Part shown: in pieces, positions 51,701 through 64,000 of the stretch
How positions within the stretch are numbered: position 1 is the first letter of the stretch
Layout of the letters: the number at the start of each line of letters is the position of its first letter
Assembly (NCBI GenBank): GCA_016748015.1
Contig: JAAOMT010000128.1
Location: forward strand, 875,538-939,537
Origin: Geosiphon pyriformis uo1
Lineage: Eukaryota; Fungi; Glomeromycota
DNA: 64,000 nucleotides
Reading direction: 5' to 3'
Translations under genes and position numbers: made by a program
The notes under the pieces: model-generated
What the model was told of the DNA's origin: nothing
Databases searched by the model: none
What the model saw: the letters and a program-made list of their open reading frames with translations, nothing else

Positions 51701-54700
51701 AGAGTAGTTTGGTTTTACTTTTATTGTTAGTTGTGCTTTTAATACATATAAAGAGATGTGACTTTTTTTTTCCTTCAAAATACCTAAAACTGGTTTTTGC
51801 CCAAAAACAAATAATAATAACAATACTTTTTTTTGCTTTTAATAACTTTATCACATACTTTTTTTTGTTTTTTCACTCACTAAAATAGTCTATACACTTA
51901 TAATATGTTATAGTTAGTAGTATAATTATAGTAATGTGTATTATTAATTAAGTTAAGAAATGTTTTCAAATATTAACAAAAACTACTGGTAACAGTATTT
52001 TTAACAATAACCATTATGACAATAAGACCCAATTTAATTATAATACTTAATTCTATTACAATAACTATAATAATTACTAACTTTTAGATTATATTCTCAA
52101 AACTTGAATTAGTAAGAACATTACTTACTTTCAAATTCAAATTTCTTGAATTGATCAGTAGTAAATACAATAATATTACAAAACCCAAGTCCAAATAATA
52201 ATAAACAATATAAAACACTTATATATTATTAACAAATATTTTTTAACTTATCAGAACTACTGAATTTTTATAATATAGTATTTCATAAAAATCAAAATAT
52301 AAGTATTATTAAAAATCTTGCCATTAATATTTATAAAAGTATTATTATAATTTTTTTTACTATTATTACTAATGATAAAACTTCAACAGTTATATTTTTT
52401 TTTAATCTTAAAAAAAAGAACTTTACTTTTATTTTATTTAATAAAGTCACACTAAATAAAGATAAACAATTACTATTATATATATGAAGACAAAAGTGGA
52501 TGATAAACTTATTGGTTTTAAACAACAGATTAGCAAAAAGCATTATTACTTTTTAATTAATGAACTAATTAGATCAACAGATTAATAGAAATATTAATAT
52601 TCTTATTATTATTACTAATAAAGCCAAGAAAATGTCAATTAAGAAAATTAACTTCTTTTTTTTAACATAAATAAAATAATTATCTTTACTAAAATATTAA
52701 TTATAAATACAACTTAATACTAAGCACTAATCAAAAATAAATAATTAAAAAAGACAAATACTATTTTAGATTGGTCAATTCAAAAATTACAGATAATATA
52801 TCAAAAACAACACATAAAAATACTTATTATATGTGAATATTTTAAAAGAAATCCCAATATAAACAATTTATCCAATTTAAATTTGAAAAAACATTGGAAA
52901 CGAATATTATTGAAGCATATCAGATTGTATAAAACAAAAATAACTATAAAAAATTACTATCTGTTTTTAAATAAAACAATAAAATTACCAATTTTATATT
53001 ATTTTATCTTTTTTGTTTTTAATATTATTGAAATTATTAATTAAACTATAATATTCAGTTTTTTAAAAAAAACTATTTTCTATAATTGCTTGTGTTATTT
53101 TACATAAAAATAATTAACAAATTATCTATTATTATTGTAATTAATATTACAAAAAAACATATAGATATTTAAAATAATTGAAAAAATAAAATAAGACTCT
53201 TTGTATTATCTGTAGAAAAATTTTATCTAATAAATACAACTGAATCAATATGCCATTTAGAAGAACCACATGTGATTTTATTTGTTAATATATTATTTTT
53301 ATAACTAACTAAGTAAGAAAAAAAATCTTTTTTAACACTACTTATAATAAAGTTTTTAATTACATATATTATTACTCATATAATATTAAACAACTATATA
53401 ATATGACTAAAACAAGCATATAGAACAAAATAGCTGAAAAAATTCAAAATTGAAAAGCATTTTTAGAAATAATAGAAAAAATTACGAAATACAGTTTTTT
53501 AAACTTTTTACAAAAAGTTTAAAATTATTATCAAGAACTTTGTTCAATATAAGAAAAACAAAAACAATATTTTGTACAAATTAATACTTATTTGTGTAAA
53601 AACTGCTTAATTTTTTGTTAATTATAATGATATTTTGATTGTTAACTTTAGTTTAAACTATTAAAAAAAACAATTTAACTTGGAAATTATTCAAATCTTA
53701 AAGTATGAAATAAAACTTCATAAATACTAGAAATATTAGCAAACAACTTATATATCTTTATTAATTTTTGACAAAAACTAAATATTAAATGTTTTTTTAA
53801 TGACAACAAAAAAATTTTATCAGAACAAATACATTGAAATAATGCTAAATTTGATTTTCAATACTTCAAAAATCAAACACACATGTTGGAATCTTTTGCT
53901 GTTATTATAATTAATTTAAAAATAGTGTTTGAAATACCAATTAGAGCCATGATACAAATAATCTCTTGATTTAGCTTAACCAAGAAAAAAATCAATATTA
54001 TAGAAAAAATTATAAATTTTAAATATATAAAAAATCTTATAGTTTTATTACACAATAAATTGAACTAACTATATATAATTAAATTAAAAAAAATTGTACA
54101 AACAATTTTTTATCTTTATTTTAACTTGATAGGTTAATTATTATTAAGACTTAAAAAAAGCTAGAAAAGACCAAATACAAAACTTAAAGTTTTAGTTCTA
54201 TAAAAACAGTTATTCTACTCATTAACTATGTAAAAATAATACAAAAAAACTTGAAAATAATTTAAATTAATAGAATAATTACAATTTTATCTTTTAAAAT
54301 ATATTTATTTAATACTTATAAGAAAGTAATAAAAAAAATCTTTTATTTGAGTCTTATACTCTTTTTTGTAAACAACTTTCAATTGGTCTTACTAATCTGT
54401 ATATATTATGCTATAACTATTTATAAATAAAAATACTTATTTACAACTTATTCAAAGAAACTATATATTCATTTAAGAATATGGTTTTAGAATACTTGAA
54501 TACAGATATTACTAATAAACATAAATTTCAAAAAATCTTTAATTTTTCTTAGTTGATATTATATTATAAAATTAAATTAAGCTTATTAAAACCAAATATT
54601 AAATGCTACCAAATAATTAATAAAAAATTAATTAAGCTCAATTTTTGATTATTAAACTTTGTCTAATAAAAACAATTGAAAGCACTTATCTTAAAATACT

Positions 54701-56720
54701 TAAATATTTTTGCCAAAAAAAATAAGTTTGGTCAAATTAACTTGGTTTATTATCAGATTCATAAAAAAATACATTACTTATTAAACAATATACTTATTGA
54801 ATACTACTGTTTGAACATAATTTTATAAAAAAAAAAGTTAATTAAATATTAGAAAATAGATTTATATAACTCTCTATAAGTTTATAGTCTTTATTTGTTA
54901 TACTAATACAAAAAAAATAGAAAAATCAAATTTTGTGTTAATTATAAGAAATTTAATAACATTATAAAAAAAGATGTTTATTTTTTATTATAAATTAATG
55001 AAATCTTGAATACTTTAGGTAAATCCAAATGGTTTTCAATAATGGTTTATTTTTAAATTAATTATTAGCTAAAAATACAAAACAAAAATAGAATAAAGAG
55101 CAAGAATAAATATTTAACTACTTAAAACAAAGACTTATTAAAAGTTTAATCTTGGTATATTCTAATTTCATTAAAACATTTGTACTTATAACCAATATCT
55201 CTAAAACAACTATGGGTGTTTTTTTGTTATAATAAGATAAAAAAAGAAAAATATATATAGTTATATATATTAATAAAAACCTAAACATAGCCAAAAAAAC
55301 TATATTATCCATAAAATTGAATATTTTGTAGTTATATAAGCCATAAAATATTTCTAACAATATTTATTACATAATTTCTTTAATATTATTACAGATTACA
55401 AAGGTTTTACCTAGCTAATAAACAAAAATCTATTAGAAAGATGTTATGTTAGATGAATTATTTTACTACAATTTTACATATACAATATTATTTATAAAGA
55501 AAAAACTAAAAACACCAATACAGATTGTTTATTTTAAATAAAACATACATATTTACCAAAAATTATTAATAACTTGATTAAAATAATACCAAAACACATT
55601 AATATCTAATATATTATCTTACAACTCTCTAATTATTAATAAAATTATTATTAAAAAAACAAACAAAAATTCAAAAACAAGTTAAATACTACCTGATTAA
55701 AAATAATATACTATACTAATACTATTAATATAATTTATTCAAAGTAATAACTAAAAATAAAATAAAAAATCATCTTTTATAATATGTACTCAGATCTAAA
55801 TACAAAACACTTTACAAAAAAAATCACAATTTAATAAACAATTAGTTTGTATTACTGAATAAAAATGTAAATTAATATTATTCAATATGTTTACAACTAT
55901 AATATATGTCAAAAAAAAGAATAATTAAGAGTAATTAAATTGTTAAGACCTATTAAAATAGAAAAACTATTTGATAAAATAGAAATTAATTTAGTAAAAC
56001 CACTAGCTATTATTATCAGAAGAAATCAATATATTACAGTCACTATAAACTACTTAACAAAATGGCCAGAAACAAAAATTATTAAAACTGCAAATGTTAA
56101 ATTAATTGTTGATTTTGTGTATAAAGATTTAATTTGTAGACATGACTGTTCAAAAAAACTACTCTTAGATCAAAAAACTCATTTTGTAAATAATTTATTT
56201 ACTAAAATTAGCCAATGTTTTAAGATAAAACAATTTTTTTTATTACTTTACTATTTACAAACAAATAAATTGATAGAATATTTTAATAGAATACTATGTA
56301 AATTACTTGCAAAAATAAGTAATAAAATAGAACAAAAATAAAACTTATTTATTTTTTCAGTTTTATTGGCTTATTGGATACTAAAACAAAATACTATAAA
56401 ATTTACATTATTTAAATTAGCATGTAAAAAAAATATTATATTACTAATAAAATTAATAATAAATACTTATTTAACAAAACCAATAAATAAAAGCAACTTA
56501 CAAAAAATTATTAAAAAATAAGCTTATAAACTGTTTAAAAAACTAGAAAACAATTATCAATATATAATTAATAATATCAAGCACTCCTAAGAATAACAAA
56601 AAGCCCAACATAATAGCAAACTTCCAAAACAATTCATTGTTTATAAAATAAGAGACAAAGTTTTATTATACTAAACAATAGAACAGAAAATTTGACAATA
56701 AATAGAACAAATTTTTTTAT
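48706..56720 (+). mobile_element. Strongly eroded dUTPase-type Gypsy relative (gag, PR ~52400-52800, Cys-rich, dUTPase ~53860-54240, RT with core deletion near 55040, RNase H, IN 55600-56700)
   Basis: ORF 55940-56341 is integrase (FDKIEINLV..YLTKWPE..DQKTHF); other domains recognisable only as AT-shifted versions of the 1-7223 copy. Confidence 0.75.
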
Positions 56721-56999
56721 GTTGTTATTAGTAAAATTTTAGCTATTAATTAGCATAAAATTACTTTTATAATTTCTATTATTAATTAGTATATATTATT
56801 ATCATTTCAATTATCACTTATTATTTAATCAATTATCAAATATTATCATTTAATTAATAACTCGATTTGTAATATAGAAATTAAGATAATCAAATTACAC
56901 AATACTCTGAACTATTTAACATAATCAAAATTCGCCGAAATTAATGAAAATTGGCCGAAATAATTAATAGTTTAGAGAAATAACTTGTAGTTTACCAAA

Positions 57000-57520
57000 A
57001 TGTATCTTTAGTTTGCTGAAATTGTAGCAAAAAAGAAAAGTGCAAGTTTAAAGACTAGTACTACAACAAGTTGTATAAAAGAAGAGTTTTTCTTTTCAAA
57101 AAATGTATCTTACTTAAAATATCTTAATTAGAACAAATTATCTTTTACATATCTTAAATAAAAATTAAATACTTGAAAACCAAATTCTTTGATTATTACT
57201 CTTGAAATTTCCACAACACAACTAACATTTTAAAATTGATTAGCTACTAATTTCAGTAATTTGTTAGTGACTTTAGACCTGAATAAAAAACGTTTCTCTT
57301 GACAGAATTCTATTTCTTTTATATTTCATTTATTTTTTATTTTTTTTTATAATTACTAGGATAGCTTACAGACAAGATTCCTGTAGAAGAGTTGATTTTT
57401 ACAGCAAAATAACTACATATTTTAGTGAGCTTCCAGACAAGCAATCTCTAGAAAAGAATTGACATTTACTACAATATAACTACATAAAGTAACTGGTATA
57501 AAATTGGTCATTCCACTTAT
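57000..57520 (+). repeat. LTR-like direct repeat of a second family; eroded copy at ~60520-60990; internal ~65-bp tandem duplication at 57360-57490
   Basis: AAGTTGTATAAAAGAAGAG and GATAGCTTACAGACAAGATTCCTGTAGAAGAGTTGATTTTTAC align to the 60580 and 60830 regions. Confidence 0.6.
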
Positions 57521-59628
57521 AAGTCCAGTAATTCAAATTATAGGAGATAATTTGAAGAAAAATTCAGTTATTGAAGATTCAACTGCTTTTAGAAAATATA
57601 AATTTACAACAAATGGATGTTAACAACACATAAAAAAGAGACTAAAAACCTTCATTAATAATGTTTACAATATTTTAGGTAATAAAACATATAAGTTATA
57701 TCTAGATAAAAAAATTTTGAAAAAAATTGCACATAGTAACTGATTAAAAATCTATTATCAACAACAATTATCTGATTTGTTAACATTTAAATTAAAAACA
57801 TATGTACCAATTATGTTTTCTAACCAAATCTTACAAAACTTAAAACCAATTATAATTATTAAATATTATCTAAAAAAAAATTAATCCAATTAACCACATT
57901 TTGGTTATTACCATTAATATTTAAAAAAAAATTAAACAATTTTAAAAATAGTTAAAAAAATCAAAAACATCAAATTATTAAAAAATTTTTTTAATTTTAT
58001 ATATAAAAATAATTTATTTTATTTATTTATTTTATTATGAATATACTTAAAAATATTATAAATACTTTTTAACTTTTATTTTGGCTACTACAAAAATATA
58101 ATTTTCTATTAAAAATTACTTTTAATAATTTAATTATACAAGAAAATAAACCAAATACAAACTGTTTTAATTTTTATCATAAAAAACAAAAAAGTGGTAA
58201 CATATTAATTTATAAAATCATAGAAAAATTTCAGCTTTTAAAAAGTACAATGCTCAAAGAAAAAACAAACTTAATTGCTTTTTTTTGCTATACATATTTC
58301 ATAATAGTCATATAATTACATTTTCAAACAATTTATATCTGTAAAAATAGCAAAAAATTCGAAAAAACAAAACTTTAGAAGTTTAAAAAACTAATTACAA
58401 AAAGCAATTTTAAGCATTATTTTAGAACAGTATACCAACTCTATATATTGTTTCAACATTGCTTAAAAGTACTGTTAACAAATAAAATAAACATACTTAT
58501 TCTTAATAAAATTGAAAAGCTTTATTAACAACAAATTTCAGAACTTATAAAAATAAATTTCAAGACTTACAAAAACGAATTTTAGAACTTATAAAAACAA
58601 ATAGTCCAAACAAATATACAGAATTTTATGTTAAACATTAATATTAAAAAAATGCACATTAATTTTAATAAAGCTCAATCTTAAAAAGAAAATAATATTA
58701 CTTAATAAAAATTAACAAAAATTAAAAATAATAATATTATAATATATTAACTAATTATTAAATAATAGTATAAATTATACAGATTAATAAATAAAATTAG
58801 AAAACATAATATATATACAATAGCATACAAAATGTACACAAATGTGCTCAATTTAATATAATTATAAACAAGTAAGCCAAAAAACACTTACAATTAAACA
58901 AAAAGCCCAATAATTTAGCAATTATTTACTAATTAATTAGAATAAACATGATTATATATAACTTAAAATATATATATATAATAGCTTTTTAACTAAAAAA
59001 AGACAAAAATAATAAGAAGTTAATTAGACAAAATAAAAGAAAAAAAGATAAAAAAATTAAATTATAATTCTAAAAAAAGCTGAAAAGTATGTTTTTTTAG
59101 CTTCACATTATAATATTCATTAATACTAAAATTAATAAAATTGAAAACCTTTTTTCTTTATAATTTAGATCTTAAAAAAGATTATTAAACTCCTTATAAT
59201 TGCTTTCTATTGCTAAAAACAATAAAATATCTAACACAATAATAGAGTGTGGATAAAATCTAAACTTAACAAAATTAAAAACACTTCAGAAGAATAGCAA
59301 TTATATACAATTGCATAAAATTTATTCATAGTAATACTTTGGTCAAAATTGACAGTTAACTTAAAAATCTGAAATAATTTTCTCATGTTTTGAAAAAATA
59401 ATCTCTGATTAAGATTATTTTTGAATATTAATTTTATTAAATTCTGGTTTTTTTAAATTTTTTTTAATTTATTAAAAATAAAATATGACTTTACTACAAG
59501 TAAAAAAATATAAATATCTGATATTAGTATAATATAAAAAATATATATTTGTGAAAGTCTTAAAAAAAGACACAATTTAAAGTATAAAAATACAACAGAA
59601 ATTATTTTTAAAGAATTAGCATAGTAGT

Positions 59629-59940
59629 AGTTACCAATAGTAATTTTAATAAAAAATTACACAACATATTAAATCAAATAAAAGAGCATTTATCAGAGAA
59701 AATTATCTAATACTTATTAGAAATTAAGAAAAACTATCAAGTTAATCTTTAGATTCTTAAATAAAAAATTAATAATAATTTATTAAATAAAAATCTAACA
59801 TAAATCAAGAATGGTTTTTATTAAGACTAATATATTTATTTATATATTACAATTAGATAATTTTTAGTATTATTATTTGATCTAAGACTATATTAGAAAT
59901 TAATTATAATATAATTTCCAAAAAAAAATCCAAATTTATA
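59629..59940 (+). repeat. Direct repeat of 48706-49020 (probable gag 5' region fragment)
   Basis: Colinear blocks such as TATATATTACAATTAGATAATTTTTA..ATTATTATTT and AAAAATCCAAA in both. Confidence 0.75.
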
Positions 59941-62289
59941 ACAATATATATATATATAATAGTTTTAATATTAAGTAAAAACATCTAGTATTTTGAATTT
60001 TTTATTTTATATATCAATTATTTTTTAATATTTACTTTTAATAAAAATATTCAAATAAACTTTTTAATTAAATAAAAAAATCAAAATAATATTGAAAATT
60101 AAATTATAATAATAGAAGTATTAAAAATATTACTTAAATTATTAATTAAATAAAATTATTATTTATTAGCTAAAATTTTTTAAAAAATAATTTCTAATTA
60201 AAATTATTTATTAATAAAAACCTTATTGTTAAAATTAAAAAAAAAACATTAAAAATTATTAATATTTTGTGTTTTTAAATTAAAAAACACTTTAAATAAT
60301 TGTAAAAATAATTTCAAAAAAGATTTTAATAACAGTAAATAAAATTTAAATTAGTTTTTGGAAAGAAGTACATAAATATATATGACAATTAAAATTTGAA
60401 AAATAACTTATATTACAATATTAACAAAAAAATTTTCAGTATTATATATTATTAATATACAAATAAAATTAAAAAACTTATAAGAAATTAAACAAAAGTA
60501 TTAGTAATTAATATACCAAAAAAATACTTTCATAATATTAGCAAAAAAATATAAAAATATAAAATAGTATTATAATAAGTTGTATAAAAAAAGTTTTTTT
60601 CTTTGAAAAAAATAATTTTTTAAAATTTTAATTAAGAATAGTTAATTAATTATTATAAATTAATTCAATAAATTTACTTTAAAAAACCAAATTTTTTATA
60701 TAATTATTATTAGTCAAAATTGTAAATTTTGACTAATATTTTAAAATTAATTAATTAGTTAATTTTAAATATAAACCAAAGACAATTTTCTTTATATTTT
60801 TTTTTTAAATTTTTATTTTATATTATATTATTAGATAGTTTACAATCAAGATTTTTTGTAAAAAAGTTGATTTTTATACCAAAGTAATTATATTATATTA
60901 AGAAATTTACAAATAAAAATTTTTGTAAAAAAATTAACTTTTATTATAATTTAATTATATAAAATAATTAACACATAATTGGTTATTTTATTATAAACTC
61001 AACAACAAAAATAGTTTAAAGTATAAAAAATACTTTAAAAATAAATTAATTTATTAAAAATTCATTTTTTATTAATAACAAAATTAACAACAAAATAGTA
61101 TTAATAATATCTTCAAAAATAATAAAAATTTTTAATAATTATGTTAAAAATTTTATTAATTAACAATATTAAATATAATTTTTGGTTGTTATTTAATTTG
61201 TGATAATTAATACAAACTTAATTTTTTTTTATTAAAAAACTAATAAGAATTAAAAACTTATTAAATTATTTTATTTTTTAATATTTTTTATACTTTTTTT
61301 CTAATAAAATTATGTTTTATTTGCAAGACATAATAGTATATTGTTTTTTAAATATTGTATTTTTTGTAAAAATTTTATGTTAAACCAAATTAATTTTATT
61401 AAATTCATTATTTTACAAAAATATATTAGAGTATTTTTAAATTAATATTTTTAATTACTGCTGTTAATTAGAATTTATTGTTTTAAATTTTAATTTAGTT
61501 AGTTTTAATATAATTAACAATATTTTAACAATAATTACTAACTTATTAATATAAATTTACAATAAAATACAATTTTTAAAAATTTAGATTTTTTGTAATA
61601 TTAATGTATTTTTTAATTTTATTCTAATATTTAACAATAATATTTTCTAAAGTATATATAATTTTATTAGTAATTACAATAAATATTTTTATTTATTAAG
61701 TTTTATTAATTGAAATAAAAAATTATTAACAGAACTTAATTATTAAATCTTTTTTTATTGTTTTTTGATTTTAATTTTTAATTTTTCTAAGACATAAGCA
61801 TAATAAATTACTTATTTTTAATTAATTTATTTTTTTTTGCTGCGAAATTTGCATTAATTACTTCTTTTATTACTATAAAATTATAAATTTTTTTTGTTAT
61901 TTATACCAATTTTTTTCAAATTTTTTTAGATTTAATAACATATAATTTTTTTAAATTATTTTGTAATAAAATTAACAAGTTTTTTGTATAATAAGAATTA
62001 ATTATTTTTTTTACATATTTATTTATTTTATAAAACTTAATTGTAATATTATTTAAATTATTGCTTTTAATAGAATTTTAATTACAATTTTTTAATTAAT
62101 TTTGATAATACTTCTAAATAACAATATAATAAATTGGTTTTTTAATTTTTATAAATTAAATTTAACATTAATTAAATAAATTTTTTTAAATATTATTTTT
62201 AAGTATTTATTATTAAAATATTAAATATCAATTTTTTGTTTTAAATTAGTATAAGTTTTTTTTTTATTAGCTTTACAAGTAAAGTTCAA

Positions 62290-64000
62290 ACACTATCTAG
62301 TGCTATACATCAAAGAAATGATCTAAACTAGGCATGAATCATGTACTTTCTACATGTAACCAGCCACTCGAGCCAATCAGAACAATATTATACAATTATA
62401 TGAACTAAAACTGAGTTACTTATGCCTGAAAAAAACAAACAAGTTTTGCAAAAGCCAAAACAAACACCAAAAGCATTAGCAATACCAAGTAATTTGACCA
62501 CTCCAGCCAACAATCTTGAGGCCAAACCAGAAACTGAGATAGGAACCAAACCATTGAAGGAAATCAACCTATTCTTCTCTATAAAAGCACAATGTTTAGC
62601 ATGAACTGACTAGACATTACTCTTAAAATCAAGACTAAAAGAGCACACAAATTTGACAATTTCCAAACCAGCAATCTTAAGATCCAGAAAAATGGTGACT
62701 GCTTCATGAAACCAATCATTAAAAACAAAATCCTTATAAAAAGCTATGGACAAAGAGGAATTAGAAACACATGAAGACAACAGTTGTAGTATGCCCAAAG
62801 AAGAATGAAAAAGACCAGAAACTGCCTTTCAGAATTCCACATAGGATTCTAACAACTAATGTTGGACAGAATCATCAATCTTGCAAGAGAATACATAATC
62901 CAATGCCTTCACATTTCCACAATATAAACATAACACACTCGAATATAGTCTATTATACAGGCACTTCTAAATAGCAACTGGCAACTGGTAGTGTAAAACC
63001 TTCATAAAATAAGTACATACATTAGCCAAGAGTCTGCTGGTGAAACCAGTGGCCATATGCAAGTCAGGGTGCCAAACCAAAGATAAACAGAACCAGTTAA
63101 TCTCAGAAAGCAAACCGCCTGCCAAAAACCTGGAACCAGAACCAACCTCCCAGTGTACATGACAAACCAAATAATAAATATCACATACAAAATATCTGGA
63201 ATTGCCAAAAATCACACTACCATCAGCCATTATGAAGCATTCACCCAAGCGAAAAGGAAGATACCAATTAGAGAGAGAAGCATCATTAGCAATTGTGTTA
63301 GCATACTCATTCCCTAAAACACCAGAGTGGCTTTTAACTTTATGCTAGTTAATCTTCAAATTTTTACTGTGAATAACATTAACAATATGACAACGTTTGA
63401 CTCAACACTGATCATGAAAGTCGGAACACACCAAACTCAATTCAGACTTACAGACATCTAGCACAGATTAACTATCCAAAAACAATTTAACAGAGCCCAG
63501 TAAGAGGACACTTTCCAGAGCCAGTGCAATAGCCTGCAATTCTGCCAAAATGGATGACATCAAACCTGATACACTAATACCCAAACCCAAATTAATGTCC
63601 TTGAAAAAAGCAGTGGTACCAGCTCTACAACCAACTGTGTCCAAGTTACTAAGGGACCAATCTGTATATACTGACAAACTATCAGCACCAACTTGTGAGA
63701 AACGATTACAGACAGAAACAAAATCACTAGATTTAAAAATGTTCAAAGAACCAACACCATCCAAAACCGAAGGATGAGTAAGAGAGAAACCTTTACCATC
63801 AAGAAATACAACAGAAAGCTTAAACCACTCAGGAACAAAGCCATGAAAGTCTAATCTTTTCTAATGCTTAAAGATGTGCCAATCAAAGACAGAACCATAA
63901 CAATCATAAAGTTGATCCACAAAGACAATACCATACCATTGAAGAGAAAGGAAAAACCTGAAAAACTGTGGCTTGCCTAGAACAGCAGACATAGGGATCT
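62290..64000 (-). mobile_element. 3' part of a non-LTR retrotransposon with RNase H and C-terminal Cys motif; comparatively well preserved
   Basis: ORF 63468-63764 VYTDWS..AELQAIALALE..LFLDS, then KVKSHSGVLGNEYAN (RNase H); CLYCGNVK..DYVFSC finger; stops present. Confidence 0.85.

Noticed and set aside
57580-59600. Possible extra (env-like) retroelement ORF
   Set aside because: Too eroded to translate or assign

Overview
AT-rich, intron-containing eukaryotic (fungal) genomic DNA. Gene and repeat families suggest an early-diverging, Glomeromycotina-like fungus; this is inference, not verified. Layout: (1) 1-13.1 kb is a retrotransposon nest. A minus-strand Ty3/Gypsy element (gag, PR, Cys-rich insert, dUTPase, RT, RNase H, IN; 881-bp LTR and PBS) and a solo LTR of the same family are both inserted into a decayed APE-RT non-LTR element. 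(2) 15-38.8 kb is a host gene island: HARE-HTH/GDS1-like protein, GDSL/SGNH hydrolase, a multi-exon unknown gene, a BCS1-like AAA ATPase, an unknown minus-strand gene, a 2-TM membrane protein, and a MATE transporter whose 5' end is a rearranged copy of part of the neighbouring gene. (3) 38.8-64 kb is a second repeat field. Its highlight is a ~6.9-kb Sola2-type DNA transposon (41180-48047) with ~430-bp TIRs and an ATAT TSD, inserted in the TATA-like tract of an LTR. Its transposase is dead, but it carries an intact, GC/CpG-rich, intronless Crinkler-type PD-(D/E)xK nuclease gene, and a small NLS-bearing ORF starts inside each TIR. Repeats show layered C>T/G>A erosion, including strongly asymmetric decay of the two TIRs of this single element. 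One 167-N assembly gap (17381-17547). All alignments were done by eye, so boundaries of decayed features are approximate.
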